From an uncultured Gammaproteobacteria bacterium (GTDB lineage Bacteria; Patescibacteriota; Microgenomatia; Levybacterales; UBA12049), in the NCBI GenBank assembly GCA_964553245.1, contig CAZKJM010000001.1, positions 209,806 to 273,805 of the forward strand: a DNA stretch of 64,000 nucleotides. The letters are read 5' to 3'. Position 1 is the first letter of the stretch, and every line of letters begins with the position of its first letter. This document shows, piece by piece, positions 41,320 through 51,218 of this stretch. The notes under the pieces were generated by a model. The model made no database searches. It was not told the origin of the DNA and saw only the letters and a program-made list of their open reading frames with translations. The translations under genes were made by a program, and so were the position numbers.

Positions 41320-41386
41320 GCAAATTATTCTAGTAATTTTTTATGATGAATGCAATAGGTCAAAATATTGTATAATTCTACTACTT

Positions 41387-41457
41387 CGGGGAGTAGTTTA
41401 ACGGTAGAATGCGCGCATGGGGTGCGTGTGACCGGAGTTCAATTCTCCGCTCCCCGA
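41387..41457 (+). tRNA. tRNA-Pro(GGG), CCA not encoded
   Basis: Acceptor CGGGGAG/CTCCCCG; anticodon arm CGCGC-ATGGGGT-GCGTG; T arm CGGAG-TTCAATT-CTCCG. Confidence 0.95.
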
Positions 41458-41520
41458 CTAAAAGATAGCTACGGAATTAAGCTTGCAATATACTTTCTTT
41501 TCCTTTAAAATATCCTTTTT

Positions 41521-42318
41521 ATGCTTGAACAGTTAAGAATATTTAAAGACAGAATTCCTCATCCGCTTAAAGAAAAAAGAATTTTAAAAGAATTCGATGC
41601 GATCCCAAGGGAACAACTCTATGGCTTAACTATCGAAATGACAATGGACGGCAATGGACGGTTTGCTGAAAAAACAGGTATTCCATTAGAGAAAGGCCAT
41701 GCCGCAGGAGCCAAAAAGGGAGCTGAGCTAACAAGATTTATTTTAAACAATGGAATGAATTTAATTCTGTGGGGATTTTCTACGGATAATTGGAAAAGGC
41801 CAGAAGAAGAAAAAGAAAATATTTTTAGATTGATTGATAAAACAACTAAAGAATCATTGGAAGAGCTTATAAAAAGCGGGGTAAGAATATTTCATTTAGG
41901 AAGAAAAGACAGAATTCCTGAATATCTTCGAGAAACACTTATAGAAGCAGAGGAAAAAACAAAGGAAAATAAGGGTCCAATCCTAGCACTAGCTGTTGAT
42001 TACTCAGGTAGAGATGAATTAGAAAGAGCGGCTGAGAAAGCAAAAGAGGAAAAAACTTCAGACACATGGTGGAAATCAGTAAGAGAACACTGCGATGACA
42101 AAGGACTAATTCCGGACGGACTTCACGATAAAACTATTGCTATTAGAACTGGGGGTGACATGCGAACGTCCGGCTTTGGGTTTAGAATAGACTTTGCTGA
42201 GCTTTATTTCACACCTAAAAAGTTTCCTGAACTAACTATTGCAGATATTAAATCTATTATTGTGGATTATTTCAAAAGAAATAAAAGATTTGGAGGCCGC
42301 CCTAATAATAAGAATTAA
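41521..42318 (+). CDS. uppS: cis-prenyltransferase (undecaprenyl diphosphate synthase family)
   Basis: MDGNGR, GH..G, FSTDNWKRP, YSGRDE, IRTGG..R.SGF, RFGG. Confidence 0.88.
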   Translation: MLEQLRIFKDRIPHPLKEKRILKEFDAIPREQLYGLTIEMTMDGNGRFAEKTGIPLEKGHAAGAKKGAELTRFILNNGMNLILWGFSTDNWKRPEEEKENIFRLIDKTTKESLEELIKSGVRIFHLGRKDRIPEYLRETLIEAEEKTKENKGPILALAVDYSGRDELERAAEKAKEEKTSDTWWKSVREHCDDKGLIPDGLHDKTIAIRTGGDMRTSGFGFRIDFAELYFTPKKFPELTIADIKSIIVDYFKRNKRFGGRPNNKN

Positions 42319-42321
42319 TTT

Positions 42322-42795
42322 TTATCTCTTTGGAGATTGTTTTCTTCTTCTTGATTTTCCACCCATTCCAACTTTTCTTCTTTCTCTAACTCTTGCATCT
42401 CTTGTTAAAAAACCTTTTTTCTTTAAAATTTGTCTGTTTTTAAGATCTATCTTAGATAAAGCCCTTGAAATCCCATGAATTAAAGCTTCTAATTGCCCAT
42501 TTAATCCTCCTCCAGAAATAACCGCTGTTATTAAATATTTATCTAGCGTATTAGTTATTTTAAAAGGCTCTAAATAACTTACCATTGAAATTTTTCCGCT
42601 GAAATACTGATCTGCTTTTTTATTATTTACAAAAATATCTCCCTTTTTAACATCTTGTCCCACAACTTTAAAATCCGGTTTTACGGATTGATAAAGCCTT
42701 ATTCTAGCAATTGCTTCCCTTCTTCTTCCAACTGCAAAAACGAAATCTTTCTTTACTTCTTTTTTTACTGGTTTTTCTAAAACCGTTTTTGTCAT
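42322..42795 (-). CDS. rpsI: 30S ribosomal protein S9
   Basis: GRRREAIAR, GGG..GQ, LTRDAR..ERRK, QSPKR. Confidence 0.97.
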   Translation of the reverse strand: MTKTVLEKPVKKEVKKDFVFAVGRRREAIARIRLYQSVKPDFKVVGQDVKKGDIFVNNKKADQYFSGKISMVSYLEPFKITNTLDKYLITAVISGGGLNGQLEALIHGISRALSKIDLKNRQILKKKGFLTRDARVRERRKVGMGGKSRRRKQSPKR

Positions 42796-42797
42796 AA

Positions 42798-43223
42798 TTA
42801 ACCTTTCTTAAACTTATCTTGATATTTATGCTCTTCCCCCGCAAAAACAAATAATCTTTTTAGCATTTTATCCCTTAATCTGTTTTGAGGCAACATTCCT
42901 TTTACGGCGTGAATTATTATTTCCTCAGGTTTTCTTTCTCTTAATTTACTAAGTGTTTCTGTCTTAAGACCACCGGGATACCCTGAATGTCTATAATATT
43001 TTTTTTGCTCTTCTTTTTTACCAGTAACTTTAATATCCTTAGCGTTTAAAACAACGACATAATCTCCACAATCCAGGTTTCTAACAAAATTTGTTTTTGA
43101 TTTCCCTGCTAATAAAAGTGCTATTTCGTTTGCCACTCTTCCCAAAATTTTATTTTTAACATTTACTAAATGCCATTCTCTTTTTATTTCTGTTATTTTT
43201 GTTGCTTGTGTTGTTTTTTTCAT
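42798..43223 (-). CDS. rplM: 50S ribosomal protein L13
   Basis: LGRVA, DCGDYVVV, HSGYPGG, VKGMLP. Confidence 0.98.
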   Translation of the reverse strand: MKKTTQATKITEIKREWHLVNVKNKILGRVANEIALLLAGKSKTNFVRNLDCGDYVVVLNAKDIKVTGKKEEQKKYYRHSGYPGGLKTETLSKLRERKPEEIIIHAVKGMLPQNRLRDKMLKRLFVFAGEEHKYQDKFKKG

Positions 43224-43224
43224 T

Positions 43225-43701
43225 TTATTTCTTTATTTTTTTTACTGGTTTTTTATCCACTTTTCTTTTTTCAGACTTCATTATTTTTTGGTTTTTTTGT
43301 TTTTGATCTTTATTATCCGGTTTATGGATTGATATTTTATTTTCAATCGGTTTTTCTACCCATTCCATTAAAACCATCTGAGCATCATCGCCCAATCTTT
43401 TACCCAAGCGAATTATTCTTGTGTAACCACCATTTCTACCTTTAAATCTTGGTGCAATTTCTTTTATTAATTTATCTATTGCTTTTGAAGAAATTTTCTT
43501 CCCTAGAAGACTTTTTGCAAGATTGGTCTCTTTTCTTGCTTTGGTTATTAATTTATCCACTTCGCCTCTTATTGCCTTTGCTTTCATTTCCGTTGTCTTA
43601 ATTTGTTCTTCTAAAACCAATGAAGTCATCAAACTTTTTATCAACGCTTTTCTCTGATTCTTGTCTCTATTTAATTGTTTTCCAAAAATATTTTTTCTCA
43701 T
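43225..43701 (-). CDS. rplQ: 50S ribosomal protein L17 with Lys-rich tail
   Basis: IKTT..KAK, RNGGYTRI, RLGDDA. Confidence 0.96.
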   Translation of the reverse strand: MRKNIFGKQLNRDKNQRKALIKSLMTSLVLEEQIKTTEMKAKAIRGEVDKLITKARKETNLAKSLLGKKISSKAIDKLIKEIAPRFKGRNGGYTRIIRLGKRLGDDAQMVLMEWVEKPIENKISIHKPDNKDQKQKNQKIMKSEKRKVDKKPVKKIKK

Positions 43702-43702
43702 A

Positions 43703-43832
43703 ATTCTAAAAAATCCGAATACAAAAATCCGAAAAACGAAACAATCTTCAAATGTTCAAAATCCGAATATCAAAATTTTGAATTTTAGATTTTGGATTTG
43801 TTTCGAATTTCGAAATTAGAATTTCGGATTTA
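43703..43832. repeat. Intergenic imperfect inverted repeat built of AAATCCGAA/heptamer units
   Basis: AAATCCGAA at 43711, 43725, 43759; reverse complement TTCGGATTT at 43823. Confidence 0.8.
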
Positions 43833-43834
43833 AT

Positions 43835-44758
43835 CTATGCGTTTAACTCAACGCCTTTTTCTTTTAATTTTTCTTCTATTACTGCAATTGATTTTCCACC
43901 CATATTTCTCATAGATACTAATTCTTTTCTTGGTTTTTCTAAAATCTGTCCTATTGTTTCTATTCCGCCATTTCTTAAACTGTTATAAATTCTTGTTGGC
44001 AAATCTAATTCATCAACCGTCATTCTTAAAACTGATTCCGGAATTGCCGATGTGGCAGGTGCACTTTCGGATACCATACTCGTTTTTGGTTCAAAAACTT
44101 GGAAGAAATATGATGCCAAAATTCTTGCTGCCTGATCTAGTGCATCTTTTGGATTAACAACTCCATTTGTCCAAATTTTTAAGGTAAGCTTGTCTAAATT
44201 TGTTTGTCTTCCAACACGGGTTGCGGAAATATCATAGCTAACCCTTCTAACGGGAGTAAAAATTGCATCCGTTGGAATTACGCCTAGCGTATTAATTTTT
44301 CTTTCTTCTGCTAATGAGTATCCCATTCCTTTTTCTATTGTTAATTCCAAATCTAATTTTGCCTTTTTATCACTTAAAAAACCCAAGTAATGATCTTTAT
44401 TTACTATCTCAACATCTTCTGATAATTCTAGGTCTTTAGCAGTAATTTCCTTTGGACCCTTAACCGAAAGCTTTACCGTACTTACGTTTTTGGAATTTAA
44501 AAGCCTAAAATTTAATCCTTTTATATTAAGTAAAAAGTCTATAATATTTTCTTTAAGCCCCGGAATTGTAGAAAATTTATGTTTTACTCCAGAAATTTTA
44601 ACGGATGTTACGGCTGCTCCCGGAATTGATACCATCAAAACTCTTCTTAAAGCGTTTCCGAGAGTATGTCCATAACCAGGCTCGAGGGGTTCTATAATAA
44701 ACTCACCGTAATCACCGGTTGCCTTTTCTTGTTTAACTTTAAACATTGGTTCAGTCAT
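43835..44758 (-). CDS. rpoA: RNA polymerase alpha subunit
   Basis: EPLEPGYGHTLGNALRR, DAIFTPV, TRVG, alpha-CTD; start revised to MTEPMF. Confidence 0.98.
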   Translation of the reverse strand: MTEPMFKVKQEKATGDYGEFIIEPLEPGYGHTLGNALRRVLMVSIPGAAVTSVKISGVKHKFSTIPGLKENIIDFLLNIKGLNFRLLNSKNVSTVKLSVKGPKEITAKDLELSEDVEIVNKDHYLGFLSDKKAKLDLELTIEKGMGYSLAEERKINTLGVIPTDAIFTPVRRVSYDISATRVGRQTNLDKLTLKIWTNGVVNPKDALDQAARILASYFFQVFEPKTSMVSESAPATSAIPESVLRMTVDELDLPTRIYNSLRNGGIETIGQILEKPRKELVSMRNMGGKSIAVIEEKLKEKGVELNA

Positions 44759-44775
44759 AAATTGATATTTTACCA

Positions 44776-45384
44776 CTATCTTGAATAATATTCAATGATT
44801 AATTGCAAATCAAAGGGAACTTCAAAATCTCCTTTTTTTGGCATTCTTACCAACTTGCCGGAAAATCCTTTTCTTTGAACGAAAGATAATGTTTTTTGTT
44901 CTTCCTGATCTTTTAAAAGTTCCAAAACTTTTGGATTTTTTTGAGTTTTAACAGATAACGTAATTACATCATTAACTTTTGCTTGATAAGACGGTATATT
45001 TATTTTTTTATCGTTTACTAAAACATGACCATGTGAAACAAATTGCCTTGCCATTGCTCTTGTTTTAGCAAATCCTATTCTATAAACAAGATTGTCTAGT
45101 CTTGTTTCAAGCATTGCTACTATTAATTCTTTTGTGTCTCCTTTTTTCTTTCTTACATCCTCAACAATTTTTTTAAATTGTTTTTCTAAAAGACCATATA
45201 CTACTTTTGCTTTTTGTTTTTCTCTTAGCTGAAGTCCATATTCCGAAAGTCTTCTTTTTCTTGTTTTTCCATGGACTCCCGGCGGGATATTTATTCTCCT
45301 CTGAAGGCTTTTTGAAGACTTATCCAAAAGATTAACTCCCTCTCTTCTGGCCAATCTATGTTTTGGTCCTGTATACCTAGCCAT
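44776..45384 (-). CDS. rpsD: 30S ribosomal protein S4
   Basis: MARYTGP, QLREKQK, LETRLDN, IIEYYSR. Confidence 0.98.
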   Translation of the reverse strand: MARYTGPKHRLARREGVNLLDKSSKSLQRRINIPPGVHGKTRKRRLSEYGLQLREKQKAKVVYGLLEKQFKKIVEDVRKKKGDTKELIVAMLETRLDNLVYRIGFAKTRAMARQFVSHGHVLVNDKKINIPSYQAKVNDVITLSVKTQKNPKVLELLKDQEEQKTLSFVQRKGFSGKLVRMPKKGDFEVPFDLQLIIEYYSR

Positions 45385-45432
45385 AGATTATCCTCCAATC
45401 TATGAAATTTCCAATTTTTATTGAACTCTTTA

Positions 45433-45460
45433 ATATTTGATATTTGATATTTGATATTTC
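45433..45460. repeat. Heptamer tandem repeat (ATATTTG)x4 between rpsK and rpsD
   Basis: atatttg atatttg atatttg atatttc. Confidence 0.85.
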
Positions 45461-45462
45461 CA

Positions 45463-45867
45463 CTAGATTCTTCTCCTTTTTTCTGCTCTTGGTCCGTTAT
45501 GAGGAATTGGTGTTAAATCTGCAATCAGCGATATAGATAATCCTGCAGATTTTACTGCTCTTAACGCAGCATCTCTTCCAGAGCCAGGTCCTTTAACGTA
45601 AACCTCTACTGTTTTTATTCCCTTTTCTATCGCTTTTTTTGCAGCTTGCTCCATTGCTGTTGTTGCAGCAAACGGTGTCGATTTTCTGGTTCCCTTAAAT
45701 CCGCTTGCACCCGCTGATCCCCACGCAACTGTATCACCTTTGTCATTAGTAATAGTAATTAAAGTGTTATTAAAAGTTGCCATAACATAAACTTTTCCAA
45801 GCTCAGAGATTTTAAGATTTGATTTCTTCTTTGTAGTTTTTGTTGTTTTAACTGTTTTTTTTGCCAT
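45463..45867 (-). CDS. rpsK: 30S ribosomal protein S11
   Basis: TFNNT, KSTPFAA, KGPGSGR, PIPHNG. Confidence 0.98.
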   Translation of the reverse strand: MAKKTVKTTKTTKKKSNLKISELGKVYVMATFNNTLITITNDKGDTVAWGSAGASGFKGTRKSTPFAATTAMEQAAKKAIEKGIKTVEVYVKGPGSGRDAALRAVKSAGLSISLIADLTPIPHNGPRAEKRRRI

Positions 45868-45870
45868 ATA

Positions 45871-46287
45871 TTATTTTCCCCCTGCTGTTTTTGCTTTTAC
45901 AGCCTGCTCCATTTTTGCTGCCACTTCTTTCTTTATAGCTCCAATAGTAACTCTCTTTCCTCTTTTTGTTCTTGCGTTAGATCTTGTCCTTTGCCCCCTT
46001 GCCGGCAATCCTTTGCTATGCCTTGTTCCTCTATAGGCACCAATTTCCTTTAACCTTCTAATGTTTTCCTGAATTTCTACTTTTAAATCTCCTTCAAGTT
46101 TATAAGTTTCCAAAGCTTTTTGAATCTTTTTTTGCTCTTCCTCATTTAATTTATTTACTCTTTTAGATCCATCTATCTCTGCTTTTTTTAATATATCTAT
46201 AACATTTCCTCTTCCTATCCCATAAAGATAAGTAAGCGATATGTCTAGTCTCTTGTTGTCCGGTATTGTTACTCCTAAAATACGCAT
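45871..46287 (-). CDS. rpsM: 30S ribosomal protein S13
   Basis: YGIG, EGDL, YRG.RH..GLP.RGQRT. Confidence 0.98.
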   Translation of the reverse strand: MRILGVTIPDNKRLDISLTYLYGIGRGNVIDILKKAEIDGSKRVNKLNEEEQKKIQKALETYKLEGDLKVEIQENIRRLKEIGAYRGTRHSKGLPARGQRTRSNARTKRGKRVTIGAIKKEVAAKMEQAVKAKTAGGK

Positions 46288-46293
46288 ATTAAA

Positions 46294-46407
46294 TTAACCC
46301 TGTCTTTGCTTGTGTCTTGGATTCTCACAAACAACCCTTAAAACTCCTTTTCTTTTTATTACTTTGCATTTTGTGCATCTTGGCTTAACGCTTGCTTGAA
46401 CTTTCAT
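46294..46407 (-). CDS. rpmJ: 50S ribosomal protein L36 (Zn-binding form)
   Basis: Hand translation [37 protein letters not shown]; below the ORF-track length cutoff. Confidence 0.97.
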   Translation of the reverse strand: MKVQASVKPRCTKCKVIKRKGVLRVVCENPRHKQRQG

Positions 46408-46412
46408 AATAA

Positions 46413-46631
46413 TTATTTAATTCTATATGTTATCCTACCTTTTGTTCGATCGTAAGGTGTGACCTCAACCCTTACCTTATCTCCCGGCAGTATTTTTATA
46501 AAATGCATCCGCATTTTTCCTGACAAATGACAAAGAATTACTTCACCGTTTTCGAGCTCAACCCTAAAAAGAGTATTTGGTAAAGACTCTTTTACTATGC
46601 CTTCAAATTCAAATGATCCCTGATGAGTCAT
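46413..46631 (-). CDS. infA: Translation initiation factor IF-1
   Basis: ESLPN..FRVEL, SGKMR..IKILPGD.V, GRITYR. Confidence 0.98.
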   Translation of the reverse strand: MTHQGSFEFEGIVKESLPNTLFRVELENGEVILCHLSGKMRMHFIKILPGDKVRVEVTPYDRTKGRITYRIK

Positions 46632-46648
46632 AAATAAAAACTTCTAAT

Positions 46649-46746
46649 ACAACAAAAAACCTAATCAGTTTTTAAGCTGATTAGAAAATAGCTATATTTC
46701 GAAATTTTCTTAAAAGTATTATATCAGAACAGCCTTAAAACAGCAA
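46649..46746 (-). promoter_or_regulatory. infA operon promoter with terminator-containing leader
   Basis: TTGCTG-17-TATAAT, then CTAATCAG-N8-CTGATTAG-GTTTTTTGTTG. Confidence 0.7.
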
Positions 46747-46751
46747 TACTA

Positions 46752-47525
46752 TTACGTTAATACTAAAGGATCGTTTTTTGTTATGGCAATTGTTTTCTCA
46801 AAAGTTGCCGAAAGACTCTTGTCTTTTGTTACTATTGTCCAGTTATCGTTTTTTGATCTTAAAACTTCATGTCTACCCATATTATAAATAACCTCAATTG
46901 CCAAAGTCATTCCATTCTTTAAGATAGGCGAAGAATCTATTTTTCCATATAAAAATCCTGGGATTTCCGGTTCCTCATGTAATTTTCTACCTACTCCGTG
47001 ACCAACAAGGTTTCTTACAACAGAATATCCTGCGCCCTCAACAATATTTTGAATTGTTTTTGAAATATGCCCAATCCTATTTCCCTCTTTTGAGACTTTG
47101 ATAGCTTCTCTTAGAGCTCTTTTTCCTGTATCTAAGAATTTTTGAATTTCGCTTCTGTTAGTAATTAATTGTTGTTTGTTGTTTGTTGAAACACAAAGCG
47201 TTTCCGACATATCTGTAAAAAAACCTTTATAAAAAACTCCACAATCTATGCCAACCACGTCGTTTTCTTTAAAAACGTAATCTGTTGGTAAACCATGAAC
47301 AACCTGATCGTTTGTAGAGACACATAATGTATAATTATATGAATCAACTTTTTTAAAACCGGGTTCTCCACCTTTTTTAACGATAAGCGCTTCTGCTAAT
47401 TTATCTAATTCTTTTTCTGAAACTCCCGGCTTTAAGTAATCAATTAATTCACTCATTGTTTCAGCGAGAATTTTTCCACCGAAGCGCATTATTTCTATTT
47501 CTTGATCGTTTTTAATCTTAATCAT
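46752..47525 (-). CDS. map: Methionine aminopeptidase type I
   Basis: VVHG.P, IDCG, GHGVG..LHEEP, AIE. Confidence 0.95.
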   Translation of the reverse strand: MIKIKNDQEIEIMRFGGKILAETMSELIDYLKPGVSEKELDKLAEALIVKKGGEPGFKKVDSYNYTLCVSTNDQVVHGLPTDYVFKENDVVGIDCGVFYKGFFTDMSETLCVSTNNKQQLITNRSEIQKFLDTGKRALREAIKVSKEGNRIGHISKTIQNIVEGAGYSVVRNLVGHGVGRKLHEEPEIPGFLYGKIDSSPILKNGMTLAIEVIYNMGRHEVLRSKNDNWTIVTKDKSLSATFEKTIAITKNDPLVLT

Positions 47526-47531
47526 GAAGAA

Positions 47532-48668
47532 TTAAATATGAATACCTAAACGTGTCAATAATATATCTATTTTTTTATGAAGATCGTCTAAGTCATTACT
47601 GTTATTTTCAATTAAGTAATCTGCAATACTTATTGGTCCTCCCTTGTTTAATTTTTCCAATTCCGTAATATCTCTTGTTCTTGAGTCATTCAAAGAAACA
47701 GGTCTTACTATTCTTCTACTTAACCTTTCGTAACGCTTTTGAGGCTCAGCATAAATATGAACCAAGATTAAATTGGGAAATTTCTTTTTAAGAAATGTAT
47801 ATTCTTCCCATGAATATAAACCATCAATAACTATAATGCTGTTGTTTTTTATTAGCTTATTAAGTTCCGGCTCCGCCTTAATTGCATAAGCTCCCATTCC
47901 TAATTCCTGTCTTATTTTTTCCCTAAACATTCTTTCGTTATCAGGATTTATAGAAAGACCCATTTCTTTTAAGCCCTTGTCCGTAATTTCGCCAAATCTT
48001 ACAAACGGTATGCCTTTTTCTTCGAGATAACCTCTTGCCTCACTTTTTCCTGCTCCAGGCATACCAACTAAAGCCAATATGTAATTATCATATTCTCCTT
48101 CCTTAATTACCGAATCTTTTGGCATTATCCTCTTCAATTCTTCCAACATTTCTTTGTTGATGGTACCTATAGAAGTTTCTCCGTTAACCTCTGTTAATAT
48201 TCCTTTTTCTTTATAATGATCAATTACAGGCTGGGTTGTTTTGTGAAATAGCTGAATCCTTTTTCTGATTGCTTTTAAAGTATCGTCTTCTCTTCCATCA
48301 TTTCCATTCCTGTAAGATAATCTCCATAAAGCATCTTTATCCGATACTCTAAGATAAAAAACTTTATCTATATTTTCCTTAAGCTCTTTTGCCTGTTTTA
48401 ACGTTCTTGGAAAACCATCCAGTATGTAACCATTTTTATATTCCGGTCTTGATAAATATTCACTGACTATTTTAAGAGTTTTTTCATCCGGTACAAGATA
48501 TCCTGTATTAATTATTTCTTTTATATATCTTCCAATATTTGTTTTTTCTCTTGCTAAGATACGAAATATGTGCCCCGTGGATAAATAAGGAATTCCTAAT
48601 TTTTTAGAAAGTAAATTACCTTGAGTTGATTTACCAGCTCCTTGAATTCCTATTAAAATTATTTTCAT
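47532..48668 (-). CDS. adk: Adenylate kinase fused to a second P-loop kinase domain
   Basis: [21 protein letters not shown]; second domain [11 protein letters not shown]...DGLYSWEE. Confidence 0.88.
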   Translation of the reverse strand: MKIILIGIQGAGKSTQGNLLSKKLGIPYLSTGHIFRILAREKTNIGRYIKEIINTGYLVPDEKTLKIVSEYLSRPEYKNGYILDGFPRTLKQAKELKENIDKVFYLRVSDKDALWRLSYRNGNDGREDDTLKAIRKRIQLFHKTTQPVIDHYKEKGILTEVNGETSIGTINKEMLEELKRIMPKDSVIKEGEYDNYILALVGMPGAGKSEARGYLEEKGIPFVRFGEITDKGLKEMGLSINPDNERMFREKIRQELGMGAYAIKAEPELNKLIKNNSIIVIDGLYSWEEYTFLKKKFPNLILVHIYAEPQKRYERLSRRIVRPVSLNDSRTRDITELEKLNKGGPISIADYLIENNSNDLDDLHKKIDILLTRLGIHI

Positions 48669-49951
48669 TTCTTAAATCCTTCGTAGTTTCGCATTACAAG
48701 TTGCGCCTCTATGGTTTTAATTGTTTCTAAAACTACTGAAACAACGATTAATACTCCTGTTCCTCCAAGTGCGATATTTTGAACATTTGTAAAGTATTTT
48801 GCGATTGTTGGAAAAATCGCAATAAAACCAAGAAACAAAGCGCCCGCTAAGGTAATTCTGGTCAAAATATAATTTAAGTAGCCTGCTGTTGGACTACCCG
48901 GTCTTATCCCGGGAATAAATCCTCCGTATTTCTGAATTTCTTCAGCAATTTTTTTAGGATTAAATACAACAGCTGTGTAAAAATAAGTAAATCCTACGAC
49001 TAAAATAAAATAGATTAAATTATAAAATATTCCATCGGGATTAAACCAGACCGTAATAAAAGTTGCCAGTCCGCTTAAAAAAGCATTCTTAGAAACAGAC
49101 AAATAATTACCTATTAATGAAGGGAGTAAAACCAAGGAAACAGCAAAAATAATTGGTATTACACCTGCTTGATTTAACCTTAAAGGAAGATGTGTTGATT
49201 GACCACCATACATTTTGTTACCTCTTACTCTCTTTGCATAATAAACAGTAATTTGTCTTGTTGCCTCGTTTATTGTAACTATAGATGCTATAACAAAAAT
49301 TCCCATTGCTATAAAAACAAATAAATTGGTAATGTTTTGAGCATTTGCGGTAGACATTGTTTGCCCAAACATAACAGGAACCCGGCTAACAATTCCTGCA
49401 AAAATTAAAAGAGAAATTCCATTACCGACACCTTTTTCCGAAATTAATTCACCAAGCCAAACCAAAAGCATTGTTCCCGCAGTCATTGTTAAAACAAAAG
49501 CTACTACGCTAACCGGAGCTACTGTGGTAATGATTCCCTGATTTTTCAAAAGCGCATACATTCCTATTGCCTGAAGAACTGCAAGTGGAACAGAAAGGAT
49601 TCTCGTGTATTGATTAATTTTCTGCCGTCCAGCTTCTCCCTCTTTTTGTAATTGTTCAATTTTGGGAAATACAATACCTAATAATTGGAAAATTATTGAG
49701 GCGTTAATATATGGATTAAGACCAAGTGCCATTATGGAAAAGTTAGCCAGTGTTCCACCCGAAAAAATATCCAGCAATCCTAAAAATTGATTTTGGGAAA
49801 AAAGTACTTTAAGTTGCCCAAGATTTACTCCCGAAACCGGGATATGGGCAAATAATCTGAAGACTACAAAAATAATAGCTGTAAACAGAAGCTTTCTCTT
49901 AACTTCCGGTGACTTAATACTGTTTTTAAAAACAGCTAAGATATTATTCAT
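48665..49951 (-). CDS. secY: Preprotein translocase SecY
   Basis: [41 protein letters not shown]. Confidence 0.99.
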   Translation of the reverse strand: MNNILAVFKNSIKSPEVKRKLLFTAIIFVVFRLFAHIPVSGVNLGQLKVLFSQNQFLGLLDIFSGGTLANFSIMALGLNPYINASIIFQLLGIVFPKIEQLQKEGEAGRQKINQYTRILSVPLAVLQAIGMYALLKNQGIITTVAPVSVVAFVLTMTAGTMLLVWLGELISEKGVGNGISLLIFAGIVSRVPVMFGQTMSTANAQNITNLFVFIAMGIFVIASIVTINEATRQITVYYAKRVRGNKMYGGQSTHLPLRLNQAGVIPIIFAVSLVLLPSLIGNYLSVSKNAFLSGLATFITVWFNPDGIFYNLIYFILVVGFTYFYTAVVFNPKKIAEEIQKYGGFIPGIRPGSPTAGYLNYILTRITLAGALFLGFIAIFPTIAKYFTNVQNIALGGTGVLIVVSVVLETIKTIEAQLVMRNYEGFKK

Positions 49952-49953
49952 TA

Positions 49954-50391
49954 TTAAACTTCTATTGTTCCACCTGCTTTTTCAATTTTTTCTTTTGCCG
50001 ATTTAGAAACCGGTAACTTTATTTTTAGCGATACTTTTAAATCTCCATTTGCCAGAACTTTTACCCCTCTTTTTAAAGCATCTTTCTGGACAATTTTATT
50101 ATCTATCAATGCTTTTAAATCAACAATGCTATCTTTTTTAAGACTATTTAACTTGTCGAGATTTACAGGAACTGCTTTATTCCTAAATGAAACGTTTTTT
50201 CCTTTTCCCCTTAAAAAAGGCATTCTTTTAATAAGAGGCAAAGCTCCTCCTTCAAATCTGATTGGAATATCATACCTTGCTTTTTGACCTTTTGTTCCTC
50301 TTCCGGATGTCTTAACGCGACCAGAACCATGTCCCTGTCCAAGTCTTTTTTGTGTTCTTTTTGTAGTTTTTATTAATTTATTTAGTTTCAT
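49954..50391 (-). CDS. rplO: 50S ribosomal protein L15
   Basis: GHGSG..KTSGRG.KGQKAR, FEGG..PL. Confidence 0.97.
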   Translation of the reverse strand: MKLNKLIKTTKRTQKRLGQGHGSGRVKTSGRGTKGQKARYDIPIRFEGGALPLIKRMPFLRGKGKNVSFRNKAVPVNLDKLNSLKKDSIVDLKALIDNKIVQKDALKRGVKVLANGDLKVSLKIKLPVSKSAKEKIEKAGGTIEV

Positions 50392-50893
50392 TTTTACCTT
50401 TCTTAATTAATTTTTCGCGATTGAATCTTTGAGAAAGCCTACTAAGAGCTTCCATGGTTGCATAAACATTACTTGCTTGATTTTTTGTTCCTAAAACTTT
50501 AGATGAAATATTTTCTATTCCCGCTAAAGAAACTACACTTCTTACTGCTCCTCCTGCGATTACTCCACTTCCCTGAGGGGCTGGTTTTAACAATAACTTT
50601 GCTGCTCCAAGTTTTATATAAACCTCAAACGGAATTGTCCCATTTATAATTGGTATTTCTACTGCATGTTTTTTTGCTATCGAAACTCCTTTTTTAATAG
50701 CTGCGGAAACATCCGGAGCTTTACCAAGCCCTACTCCTACTTTTCCATTTTTATTACCAACTACGATTAAAACCGAAAATCCAATTTTATTTCCACCCTT
50801 AGTTTTTTTAGAAACCCTGTTAACCTGAACTATTTCTTCTTTAAATTCATCTCTTGCCTGATTTTTTTCCATAGTTTCCAAACTTTTATCCAT
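50378..50893 (-). CDS. rpsE: 30S ribosomal protein S5
   Basis: RVSKKTKGG, G.GKA, GSGVIAGG. Confidence 0.97.
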   Translation of the reverse strand: MDKSLETMEKNQARDEFKEEIVQVNRVSKKTKGGNKIGFSVLIVVGNKNGKVGVGLGKAPDVSAAIKKGVSIAKKHAVEIPIINGTIPFEVYIKLGAAKLLLKPAPQGSGVIAGGAVRSVVSLAGIENISSKVLGTKNQASNVYATMEALSRLSQRFNREKLIKKGKNETK

Positions 50894-51216
50894 TAAAATT
50901 CTAGACCTCCTTCTCTTGCGCCTTTTGCAAATGACATAACTCTTCCATGATAAGCATAATTACCTCTATCAAAGGTCACTTTTTTAATTTTTTTAGCTAT
51001 AGCTTTTTTTGCTAATAATTCTCCTGTTTTTTTTGCTCTCTCTGTTTTATTTAGCTTTTCGTTTTGTTTTTCTTCCGAAACAGAAACCAATGTTTTACCT
51101 TTTACATCATCAATTATTTGCGCACAAATATATTTATTTGATCTAAACACCGATAATCTTGGTCTTTCTGAATTTTTCTTAAGCCTTGATCTTGTCCTTA
51201 ATTGTTTTTTATTCAT
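50893..51216 (-). CDS. rplR: 50S ribosomal protein L18
   Basis: [24 protein letters not shown]. Confidence 0.97.
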   Translation of the reverse strand: MNKKQLRTRSRLKKNSERPRLSVFRSNKYICAQIIDDVKGKTLVSVSEEKQNEKLNKTERAKKTGELLAKKAIAKKIKKVTFDRGNYAYHGRVMSFAKGAREGGLEF

Positions 51217-51218
51217 TT

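Noticed and set aside
41387-42318. Integrated element at tRNA-Pro
   Set aside because: No integrase and no duplicated tRNA 3' end seen; the neighbour is an uppS-family gene
43703-43832. Possible CRISPR array
   Set aside because: Units are 7-9 nt, degenerate and inverted, with no unique spacers and no cas genes
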